A DNA stretch of 64,000 nucleotides, taken from positions 608,001 to 672,000 of the forward strand of contig OZ241855.1 of the NCBI GenBank assembly GCA_965202785.1. Reading direction: 5' to 3'. The notes beneath the pieces were generated by a model that worked only from the letters and a program-made list of their open reading frames with translations, was not told the origin of the DNA and made no database searches. The translations under genes and the position numbers were made by a program. The stretch's first letter is position 1. Each line of letters opens with the position of its first letter. Origin of the DNA: Thermodesulfobacteriota bacterium. Lineage in GTDB: Bacteria; Desulfobacterota_D; UBA1144; Nemesobacterales; Nemesobacteraceae. Of this stretch, positions 56,556 through 64,000 are shown piece by piece.

Positions 56556-58265
56556 TCAGTCAAGGGCCTTGAGCTTTTCGTTCAGGATGTCTCCGAGTTT
56601 GGATGAACTTTCCTGCTGGGAAGACACAAAGTCTCTCATCGTGTCTTTTTCCTGTTTCTTTTCAAGCCTTCTGCGGCTGAGATTCACCTGATGCTTGGGC
56701 TTGTTAAAACCTGTGACCAGGCCGCTTATCTCGTCTCCAATCTTAATGGATTCCCTGCTGAACTCATCGTCATGAAATTCGCGGATGGCGTAAAATCCCG
56801 TTACGTTATCGGCAAGCGCCACGGTGACGCCGCTTTCGAGAATTTCCTCTATCTTGGATGTGACCACGGTCTCGTTCACCTTGTAGTCCCGAAGCACCTT
56901 GTTCCACGGGTCCGGGGTAAGCTGCTTGATTCCAAGCCCGATTTTTCTCTGCCTCGGAATGACATTCAGCACGACAAGCTCTATTTCCTTTCCCAAGTCT
57001 TCATTTGAGAAAACCTCAAGGGGGCTGATTTCCCCCTCCCACCTCAGATTTTCCGGGCGCACGAGCCCGACCATGTCCGGGGCAACTTCGACAAAAACCC
57101 CGAGTTCCGTAACGTTTCTTATGGTTCCGCTAACCCTGGTGTTAGGAGGATTGTTCCGCTTGAACTCATCCCATGGGTTTTCCTGTATCTGCTTGAGGCT
57201 CAGCGAAATTCTTCTTTCCTTTGGCTTTACTCCCAGAACCGCAACCTCTATTTCGCTTCCGACTGAAACTACTTCACTTGGATGACGGAAATTCTTGACC
57301 CAGGAAAGTTCGCTTACGTGTACAAGCCCCTCTATCCCGGGTTCAAGCTCGACGAACACGCCGAATTCCGCCGCAAAAACCACCTTGCCCCTGACTCTGT
57401 CGCCGACCCTGTATCTTTCCTGTATGCTCTCCCACGGATCCTCGGTGGTCTGTTTCACCCCGAGGGTTATTTTCCCGTTTTCGATCTCAAGCCGAAGAAT
57501 TTTGACCTGGATGTCCTCGCCTTCCTTAAGGACATCTCCCGGATGCCTTACCCTCCCCCAAGAAAGCTCCCCTATCGGGACAAAGCCCTCTATGCCCCCT
57601 ATGTCAACGAAAGCGCCGGCGTCAATTATCTTCACCACGTTTCCGGAAACAATCTGGTCTTCCGAAATGGTAGCAAGCGTCTCCTTCTTTTTCTCCTCCC
57701 TCTCTTCTTCGAGAATCACCCTTCTCGACACTACTATACCGTTGTCGTTGTTCTGAATAATGCGGGTTTCGATCGTCTGGCCTACCATCTCGTCAAAATC
57801 CGCAACCGGCCGCAGGCCGACCTGGGAACCGGGAAGAAAGACCTTGAAGGGAGCATGCCGCCCTATATCGCAGTTAAAACCGCCCTTAACTCTGTTTAGA
57901 ATTCTCGTGACGACCGGTTCTTTGTTCTTGAACTTCTCCTCGATCGCCCTTTTTTCTCTGATCTGGTCTGCTTTTTGTTTGGAAGCCCTGACGGTGTTCG
58001 GGTTAGGTCTTTCGACCAGAACCTCTATCTCCGAGCCCACCGAGACTTCATGTTCGCCGTCTTTGTTTAGAAATTGGTTTATGGGAACTATGCACTCGAA
58101 CTTAAACCCGAGGTCTATGAAAACAGCATCGGAATCAACCCTTATAACCCTTCCTTTTGCTATTTCCCCGTTCTCGGGCTCGCTCAAGCGCGATTCCATA
58201 CTTTCATCAAGTAACTCCTCAAAGCTCTTCTCATTAGAATCCGTAACACCATTATCCTGAGTCAT
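56556..58265 (-). CDS. rpsA: 30S ribosomal protein S1
   Basis: Repeated S1 domains (FLPGSQ, GAFVDIGGIEG, EGLVHVSELSW); located after cmk. Confidence 0.93.
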   Translation of the reverse strand: MTQDNGVTDSNEKSFEELLDESMESRLSEPENGEIAKGRVIRVDSDAVFIDLGFKFECIVPINQFLNKDGEHEVSVGSEIEVLVERPNPNTVRASKQKADQIREKRAIEEKFKNKEPVVTRILNRVKGGFNCDIGRHAPFKVFLPGSQVGLRPVADFDEMVGQTIETRIIQNNDNGIVVSRRVILEEEREEKKKETLATISEDQIVSGNVVKIIDAGAFVDIGGIEGFVPIGELSWGRVRHPGDVLKEGEDIQVKILRLEIENGKITLGVKQTTEDPWESIQERYRVGDRVRGKVVFAAEFGVFVELEPGIEGLVHVSELSWVKNFRHPSEVVSVGSEIEVAVLGVKPKERRISLSLKQIQENPWDEFKRNNPPNTRVSGTIRNVTELGVFVEVAPDMVGLVRPENLRWEGEISPLEVFSNEDLGKEIELVVLNVIPRQRKIGLGIKQLTPDPWNKVLRDYKVNETVVTSKIEEILESGVTVALADNVTGFYAIREFHDDEFSRESIKIGDEISGLVTGFNKPKHQVNLSRRRLEKKQEKDTMRDFVSSQQESSSKLGDILNEKLKALD

Positions 58266-58364
58266 TTTGTTTAGCCGCCTTCGCCATCAGTCTTTTACTA
58301 ATAAAGGCAAGGTTACATGAAAACTGTTTAAAATGAAAAGAGCGCCCGAGAAGAAAAATCGTTT

Positions 58365-59039
58365 TCAATCGCCGCGGCGGGAGATATCTTTTGTGCGAAG
58401 AAATATCGCCGCAATCACATCTTCGGCACTCATTCGGGTCGTATCTATCACCACGGCATTCTGGGCGGGACGAAGAGGGTTCTCCGCGCGAAGCGTGTCA
58501 CGACGGTCCCGTCTGCGAAGCTCGTCTTCAACATCCGAGAGGGAGATATCCCCCCGGTTGCTTTGAAGAAATCTCCTTTCCGCTCTCTCGGCGACCGTGG
58601 CGTCGAGATAGAATTTATATTTTGCCGCGGGAAAAACATAAGTTCCCATATCCCTTCCCTCGGCAACTATGTTTCCCCCCTCGCCGATCTTTCTCTGAAT
58701 CCCGATGAGAAATTCCCTTACTTCGGCAAGCTCCGCTAGCTCGGAAGAAAGGGAAGATATCTCCTCCGTCCTTATAAGTTTCGAGACGTTACGCCCGTCA
58801 AGAAAAACATGGCCCTCAGGAGAGAATTCCACCGTAGTTCCGGAAAGCAGTCGCGAGAGCGAAGCGGAATCGCGCGGGTCAACTTCGGCCTCGCTTACCT
58901 TAAGCGCCACGGCCCTGTACATGGCGCCCGTGTCAAGACACGAAAAACCGAGCAGGTCGGCGATTCGTCTGGCAACGGTGCTTTTCCCCACCCCCGAAGG
59001 TCCGTCTATGGTAACGATATTGTCGCCGTCTCGTTTCAT
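58365..59039 (-). CDS. cmk: Cytidylate kinase
   Basis: IDGPSGVGKST, LDTGAMYRA and AEGRDMGT. Confidence 0.97.
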   Translation of the reverse strand: MKRDGDNIVTIDGPSGVGKSTVARRIADLLGFSCLDTGAMYRAVALKVSEAEVDPRDSASLSRLLSGTTVEFSPEGHVFLDGRNVSKLIRTEEISSLSSELAELAEVREFLIGIQRKIGEGGNIVAEGRDMGTYVFPAAKYKFYLDATVAERAERRFLQSNRGDISLSDVEDELRRRDRRDTLRAENPLRPAQNAVVIDTTRMSAEDVIAAIFLRTKDISRRGD

Positions 59040-60325
59040 CTGCGATCTACAAGAGTCTCGAAAAGCGGAAAGAATTCAGGGAACGAAATGGAAACGCACC
59101 CGGCGTCCCCGATCACCGTCTCCCCTCGGGCCCGCGTGGCAGCGACAGCAAGAGACATGGCGACCCGGTGGTCTCCGCGGCTCTCGCACCGGGCGCCGCG
59201 AAGCTCCCCCGTGCCGTTTATAATCATGCCGTCCGGCGTTTCGCTTATGTCCGCGCCAAGTTTCGAAAGCTCGTCCGTCATGGCGCTTATCCTGTCGGTT
59301 TCCTTCACCCGAAGCTCCCCTGCGCCGCTTATCACCGTTTCACCCTCGGCAAAACACGCGGCCACGGAAATAACGGGAAGCTCGTCTATGGCCCGCGACA
59401 CCGACTCTCCTCCTATGCGTACGGCCCCAAGCGCACCGTGGCGGGCAATCAGGTCCCCTACCGGTTCCCCGCAGCACTCGCGACGGTTCTCAACCGAGAT
59501 ATCGGCCCCCATTTCCCACAGGATATCGAGCACCCCGGTTCTAAGCGGGTTAAGTCCGACGTTTTTTACCACGATTTCCGATCCCGGGTTTACAAGCGCG
59601 GCGACAATAAAAAAAGCCGCCGATGAGATGTCCGAGGGGATTTCAAGCTCGGTTCCCGAAAATTCCACTCCCGGGCTTACCGAGACACGTGTTCCGCTTA
59701 CCTCCACCGGAACTCCGAAGTAGCGCAGCATCCTTTCGGTGTGGTCGCGGGTTCTCTCGAGTTCCGTCACGCTGGTTCCTCCCGCGGCGTAGAGCCCCGC
59801 GAGCAGAATCGCGGACTTTACCTGCGCGCTCGCCACGGGAGACCGGTAATCTATTCCCTGAAGTTTTGAGCCCGTTATGTGAAGCGGAAGGACCTCTCCC
59901 TCTCCCGAGATCCTGGCCCCCATGCCGCGAAGCGGGACGGTCACTCTGGACATGGGACGGCGGCGCAGCGAATCATCCCCGGTAATGGTTGAACGGAAGC
60001 TCTGGGCGCTCAGAACTCCCGTGAGCAACCTGGCGGTGGTTCCCGAGTTCTCAGCATTTATAGCCTTGCGGGGCTCTTTGAGGCCGAAAAGTCCCCTTCC
60101 CGCGATCTCCACTTCTCCCGCATCTACTTCCACCTCAATCCCCATGTTTCTAAAAGCGTTCGCCGTAGCAAGGGTGTCTTGGGAAGCCAGAAACCCGCTC
60201 GCCCTAGTTCTTCCCCGCGCGAGCGAACCCAGAATGATTGTCCTGTGGGAAATGGATTTATCCCCGGGAGGGGTTATCTCTCCGGCAAATGTGCGGATTT
60301 TTTCCTTGAGTATGAAATCGGCCAT
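59036..60325 (-). CDS. aroA: 3-phosphoshikimate 1-carboxyvinyltransferase
   Basis: PGDKSISHR, ASAQVKSA, RDHTERML, ELRVKETDRI and DHRVAM. Confidence 0.98.
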   Translation of the reverse strand: MADFILKEKIRTFAGEITPPGDKSISHRTIILGSLARGRTRASGFLASQDTLATANAFRNMGIEVEVDAGEVEIAGRGLFGLKEPRKAINAENSGTTARLLTGVLSAQSFRSTITGDDSLRRRPMSRVTVPLRGMGARISGEGEVLPLHITGSKLQGIDYRSPVASAQVKSAILLAGLYAAGGTSVTELERTRDHTERMLRYFGVPVEVSGTRVSVSPGVEFSGTELEIPSDISSAAFFIVAALVNPGSEIVVKNVGLNPLRTGVLDILWEMGADISVENRRECCGEPVGDLIARHGALGAVRIGGESVSRAIDELPVISVAACFAEGETVISGAGELRVKETDRISAMTDELSKLGADISETPDGMIINGTGELRGARCESRGDHRVAMSLAVAATRARGETVIGDAGCVSISFPEFFPLFETLVDRR

Positions 60326-60409
60326 CTTCTGACTGAATTATATAACCTAACTCGGTAAAACAATATATAATATTTACCGTAAGGCGCAGCCTTTTAGCGA
60401 ATGTGCGGG

Positions 60410-60784
60410 ATGAAAACAGAAGAGAAAAACGTATTCGGCGAGGACCTAAGAGAGTGCGGCACCGATCCAATGACCGGATTTTTCAGGGACGGCTGCTGCA
60501 GGGCGGCGGTCGAGGATGTGGGACTTCACCTGGTCTGCGCGGAGATGACGGAGGAATTTCTCGAATTTTCGAAGTCTAGGGGAAACGACCTCATAACCCC
60601 CCGCCCCGAGTTCGGTTTTGAGGGGCTAAAACCCGGAGACAGGTGGTGTCTTTGCGCGCTTCGCTGGAAAGAGGCGCTTGAGGGCGGCGTGGCTCCCCCC
60701 GTTTTCCTGCAGTCGACCCACGAATCGGTACTCAGGATCATTGATCTCTCCGATCTTAAAAAACACGCGGTCGACGTATCCTGA
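60410..60784 (+). CDS. DUF2237 family protein
   Basis: NVFGE.L..CGTDPMTGFFRDGCC, GNDL.TP and GLKPGDRWCLCA.RW. Confidence 0.92.
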   Translation: MKTEEKNVFGEDLRECGTDPMTGFFRDGCCRAAVEDVGLHLVCAEMTEEFLEFSKSRGNDLITPRPEFGFEGLKPGDRWCLCALRWKEALEGGVAPPVFLQSTHESVLRIIDLSDLKKHAVDVS

Positions 60785-60824
60785 GCCTTGATTCCCCCGA
60801 ATTTGCGTATACCATCTTCGTTCT

Positions 60825-62030
60825 GTGAAGTATCTTGTGCTCCAAGGCGACGGCATGCCCGACCACAAGCTCCCCGAGCTTGAGGGCAGGACTCCGCTTG
60901 AAGTCGCCGAGACCCCTAACCTTGACGCAATCGCCAAGCGGGCCGAGATTTTCGGGATCGCAAAAACCATTCCCGACCCGCTTCCCCCAGGAAGCGACGT
61001 GGGAAACCTGGCGGTGCTGGGCTATGACCCCATGAAATACTACACGGGAAGATCCCCTCTTGAAGCCGCGAGCATAGGGATTTCCCTTGGGGAAACGGAC
61101 GTCACGGTGCGATGCAATCTTGTAACTCTCGCAGAGAGAGACGGCCGGACGGTCATGGAGGACTATAGCGCCGGACACATAACGGACGATGATGCGGCCG
61201 GCATCATCGAGGATCTAAAAAAAGAGTTCGACGGGGAGGAGTTCTCCCTGAGCCAGGGGGTAAGCTACAGGCATCTTCTGCTCTGGCGCGGAGGAAACAG
61301 CACTGTTCAAACAACCCCGCCTCATGACATTTCCGGAAAAGAAATCGCTCCCTGGCTTCCTTCGGGAGACGGGGCGGAAAAACTCCTCGGCCTCATGGAG
61401 AGATCCCGCAGCATACTTAAGGACCATCCTGTAAACAAGAAAAGAAGAGCCGAAGGAAAAAACACCGCAGACTCCATATGGCTCTGGGGCGAGGGAACAA
61501 GACCCGACATGCCGTCCCTTCAAGAGCTTTACGGAATCACCGGATCAGTGGTATCGGCGGTCGACCTCGTAAAGGGGATAGGAATATTCGCCGCGATGGA
61601 AGTGATCGAGGTTCCGGGAGCGACCGGGTACCTTGACACCAATTACGCGGGAAAAGTAAGCGGCGCTATTGAGTCGCTGCAGCGCGTGGACCTCGCGATG
61701 ATCCACATAGAGGCAACGGACGAAACGGGGCATGTCGGAGACGCCGGCCTCAAGATACAGGCGATCGAGGATTTCGACCAAAAGGTAGTGGGACCAGCGC
61801 TCGCGGGGATGGAGCAGTTCGGCGAATACAGGGTACTGGTGCTCTCAGACCATCCCACCCCCATAGACCTGAGGACCCACTCAAGCGAACCCGTTCCCTT
61901 TGCCATACTTGATTCCACAAACCGCTCGGTAAAGCATGACTCTCTTGTCTATACCGAGGACTGTGCCGCGGCAAGCGGAGTCTATGTGAAAGAAGGCTGG
62001 AAACTGTTGGGAACGCTTGTCGCCAGATAG
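60825..62030 (+). CDS. apgM: Cofactor-independent phosphoglycerate mutase (ApgM type)
   Basis: GDGMPD, TPLE.A.TP, PGSDV, HIEATDETGH and DHPTP...TH. Confidence 0.9.
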   Translation: MKYLVLQGDGMPDHKLPELEGRTPLEVAETPNLDAIAKRAEIFGIAKTIPDPLPPGSDVGNLAVLGYDPMKYYTGRSPLEAASIGISLGETDVTVRCNLVTLAERDGRTVMEDYSAGHITDDDAAGIIEDLKKEFDGEEFSLSQGVSYRHLLLWRGGNSTVQTTPPHDISGKEIAPWLPSGDGAEKLLGLMERSRSILKDHPVNKKRRAEGKNTADSIWLWGEGTRPDMPSLQELYGITGSVVSAVDLVKGIGIFAAMEVIEVPGATGYLDTNYAGKVSGAIESLQRVDLAMIHIEATDETGHVGDAGLKIQAIEDFDQKVVGPALAGMEQFGEYRVLVLSDHPTPIDLRTHSSEPVPFAILDSTNRSVKHDSLVYTEDCAAASGVYVKEGWKLLGTLVAR

Positions 62031-62042
62031 GAGCAAGGCGCC

Positions 62043-62951
62043 TCAGAGATAATACTTGAGCCCGACCGTGAAGGTCCAGCTGTCTGTATCACCCACTTCG
62101 AAATCGGCCGTAAGCGGCGTAACGCCGTCGGCGCGTATGGGTTCGTGACCTCTGACCCGCGTCCAGAACACGTCGTCGCGGTCAAAACCGCTAAAGCGCG
62201 TCCAGCGGACCTTGGCGCCGACTGAAAGATCGTCGTTAAGCGCATAGTCGACTCCTCCCACAACCTGAAAACCGAACCTGGTTTTTCCCAGCTTCGTATC
62301 TATGTCGCTGACCGTGCCCGCCGCGGCCATCTGCCACGGTTCCATACCCAGATCGCTTCTGCGCAGAAATCTGGCGGAATAACGCATTTCCGTCGAACCC
62401 ACACCTATGCCGCCCCCGATATAGGGCGTAAAAGGCGAGTCGTTGCGCAGGTCGTAGTAGGCGTTCAGGAAGAAATGATGAGCGCTGAGGTCATACACGC
62501 GTTCTGAAGGAGGATCGTTCCCGTCCCATTCACTCTCCTTTTGCTCAAACGTTTCGCCGCCGCCGGAACCGAGGCGCGCGAGCCTTCTCTGCGAGCCCTG
62601 GCGGCGGTTTAGATACTCCGCCTCAAAACGCAGCCCGTTGCCGAATGCGTAACCAAGGGTCGCGCCTCCCACGAAGCCGGCGCCGGGGGCAAACACGTTC
62701 GCAATGGTAGTTGTTTTTTCAGTGGTACACTCCGGGTCCATCGGTGGAGTCGCACCGGAAGGGTAAAGAAACGAATCGCATCGGGTCGGGTAATCAATCA
62801 AGTCCTGGGAAACGTCCATGTCTCCCGATTTTGAAAAACCCGCTTCAAGCCCTACATAAAAACCTTCCGCCGCTGAATCCGTCACCGACAAGGCGGACGC
62901 CAAAAGAACCGCCACAAGCCAAAGACACCCGGTGCCCGTAAAATGTCTCAT
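62043..62951 (-). CDS. Outer-membrane beta-barrel protein (OmpA/opacity-like)
   Basis: Signal peptide; GFYVG, GLRFEAEY, NAYYD..FTPYIGGGIG, FQVVGGVDY and C-terminal GLKYYL. Confidence 0.8.
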   Translation of the reverse strand: MRHFTGTGCLWLVAVLLASALSVTDSAAEGFYVGLEAGFSKSGDMDVSQDLIDYPTRCDSFLYPSGATPPMDPECTTEKTTTIANVFAPGAGFVGGATLGYAFGNGLRFEAEYLNRRQGSQRRLARLGSGGGETFEQKESEWDGNDPPSERVYDLSAHHFFLNAYYDLRNDSPFTPYIGGGIGVGSTEMRYSARFLRRSDLGMEPWQMAAAGTVSDIDTKLGKTRFGFQVVGGVDYALNDDLSVGAKVRWTRFSGFDRDDVFWTRVRGHEPIRADGVTPLTADFEVGDTDSWTFTVGLKYYL

Positions 62952-63016
62952 ATGTTTTCTCCCTGTATCTCTCAATTCAAGAACCGCTGACGGCCAAAGG
63001 ATACCCCTGAAAAAAA

Positions 63017-63787
63017 CTACGTCTTTTTTACCTCTTCCCAGATCTCGTCCATCTGTTCCATGGAAAGAGCGTTTATCTCTTTTTCACCGGTCCGCGCTTT
63101 CTCCTCGAACCGGGAGAATCTCTCTATGAACTTCTCGACGGCCCCGTGAGACGCAGTCTCGGCATCGATATCAAGATGTCTTGCCAGACTCACGATGGAA
63201 AAAACAAGATCCCCCCACTCCTCCCGGGATTTGTTTTTCTCTCCGGCCTCCATTTCCCGCTCAAGCTCAAGCAGTTCCTCCTTTACCTTCGCAAGAACCG
63301 AGGAGACATCCCTCCAGTCAAACCCTACGCGGGCCGCTTTCTCACCGACCCTCTGCGCTCTCATCAAAGAGGGCATGGCTCTCGGTATTTCCTCCAGATC
63401 GGGCTTGCCTTTTTTCTCCTTGAGCTTCTCGGCGTTCCAAGTCCTCAAGGCCTCGTCCGCATCCTTGGCCTTTTTCTCACCGAACACGTGAGGATGTCTT
63501 CTTATGAGCTTGTCGTGGAGTCTCTGGGTGACATCGCCTATGCCGAACTTCCCCTCTTCGCTTGCTATCTGAGAGATGAAGACAACCTGGAAAAGGAAAT
63601 CTCCCAGTTCTTCTATGAGTCCGTCTGTGTCCCCAAGCTCTATTGCCTGTATTACCTCGTAGGCCTCTTCAAGAACATAAGCGCGGAGGGATCCGAGGGT
63701 CTGCTCCCTGTCCCATGGGCAGCCTCCCGGAGCGCGCAGACGCCTCGCAAGCGAAACTATATCGTCAAAAGTCTTTTCTTCTTTCAT
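63017..63787 (-). CDS. mazG: Nucleoside triphosphate pyrophosphohydrolase
   Basis: GCPWDREQT, EEAYEV, EELGD, KLIRRHPHVF and GFDW. Confidence 0.97.
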   Translation of the reverse strand: MKEEKTFDDIVSLARRLRAPGGCPWDREQTLGSLRAYVLEEAYEVIQAIELGDTDGLIEELGDFLFQVVFISQIASEEGKFGIGDVTQRLHDKLIRRHPHVFGEKKAKDADEALRTWNAEKLKEKKGKPDLEEIPRAMPSLMRAQRVGEKAARVGFDWRDVSSVLAKVKEELLELEREMEAGEKNKSREEWGDLVFSIVSLARHLDIDAETASHGAVEKFIERFSRFEEKARTGEKEINALSMEQMDEIWEEVKKT

Positions 63788-63802
63788 AACTCCTGGGGCA
63801 AC

Positions 63803-64000
63803 CTAGACCCGAAATTTCTTCGAACACCGGGTCAGGTTCTCGTTTCCGTCCCGCGTGACCAGAACCACGTCCTCTATCCTGACTCCCCCGAGACTCTTGT
63901 AGTAAAGACCGGGCTCTACGGTAACAACATTTCCTTCCTTCAGAATCTCGCTTCCGGGACCGATCCTCGGCGGCTCGTGTATATCAAGCCCCAGGCCGTG
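63803..64000 (-). CDS. Xaa-Pro aminopeptidase (M24B), C-terminal part
   Basis: Manual translation gives [11 protein letters not shown]...[16 protein letters not shown]; runs off the window end. Confidence 0.9.
   Translation of the reverse strand, partial: HGLGLDIHEPPRIGPGSEILKEGNVVTVEPGLYYKSLGGVRIEDVVLVTRDGNENLTRCSKKFRV

Noticed and set aside
1-64000. CRISPR arrays, tRNA/rRNA, IS elements, integrases, phage or defence genes
   Set aside because: No regularly spaced repeats, cloverleaf or rRNA signatures, or transposase/integrase motifs seen by eye; a tool-based scan could still find short or degenerate elements.

Overview
Gene-dense bacterial chromosome segment with about 62 CDSs. I saw no tRNA, rRNA, CRISPR array, transposase or prophage. 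Gene order (prmC-murA-hisG; maf-yggS-proC-yggT; aroA-cmk-rpsA-sppA-lapA) and gene content suggest a deltaproteobacteria-like Gram-negative, possibly Ca. Dadabacteria/Desulfobacterota_D; this is inference only. Most of the window is housekeeping: lepA, lon, nadABC, glnD, dnaB, lipA, mazG, apgM. The less ordinary parts are: (1) a tandem pair of acetoacetate-decarboxylase-fold paralogs divergent from an acyl-CoA dehydrogenase / Cys-less thiolase-fold / Zn-less DUF35 / MaoC cluster, with a shared promoter motif and a candidate small RNA between them; (2) two exported Cache-domain proteins with no output domain that share a Cys-containing C-terminal sorting signal (GGCAI...TPR..L.NL-TM-basic); (3) two apparent pseudo-proteins, a metallo-beta-lactamase-fold nuclease that has lost nearly all metal ligands but ends in a clamp-binding-like QLALF, and an ECF42-like sigma factor with degenerate DNA-binding regions; (4) a frameshifted ggt and several structured intergenic regions or orphan terminators. 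All family calls come from recognising motifs by eye; no database searches were run.
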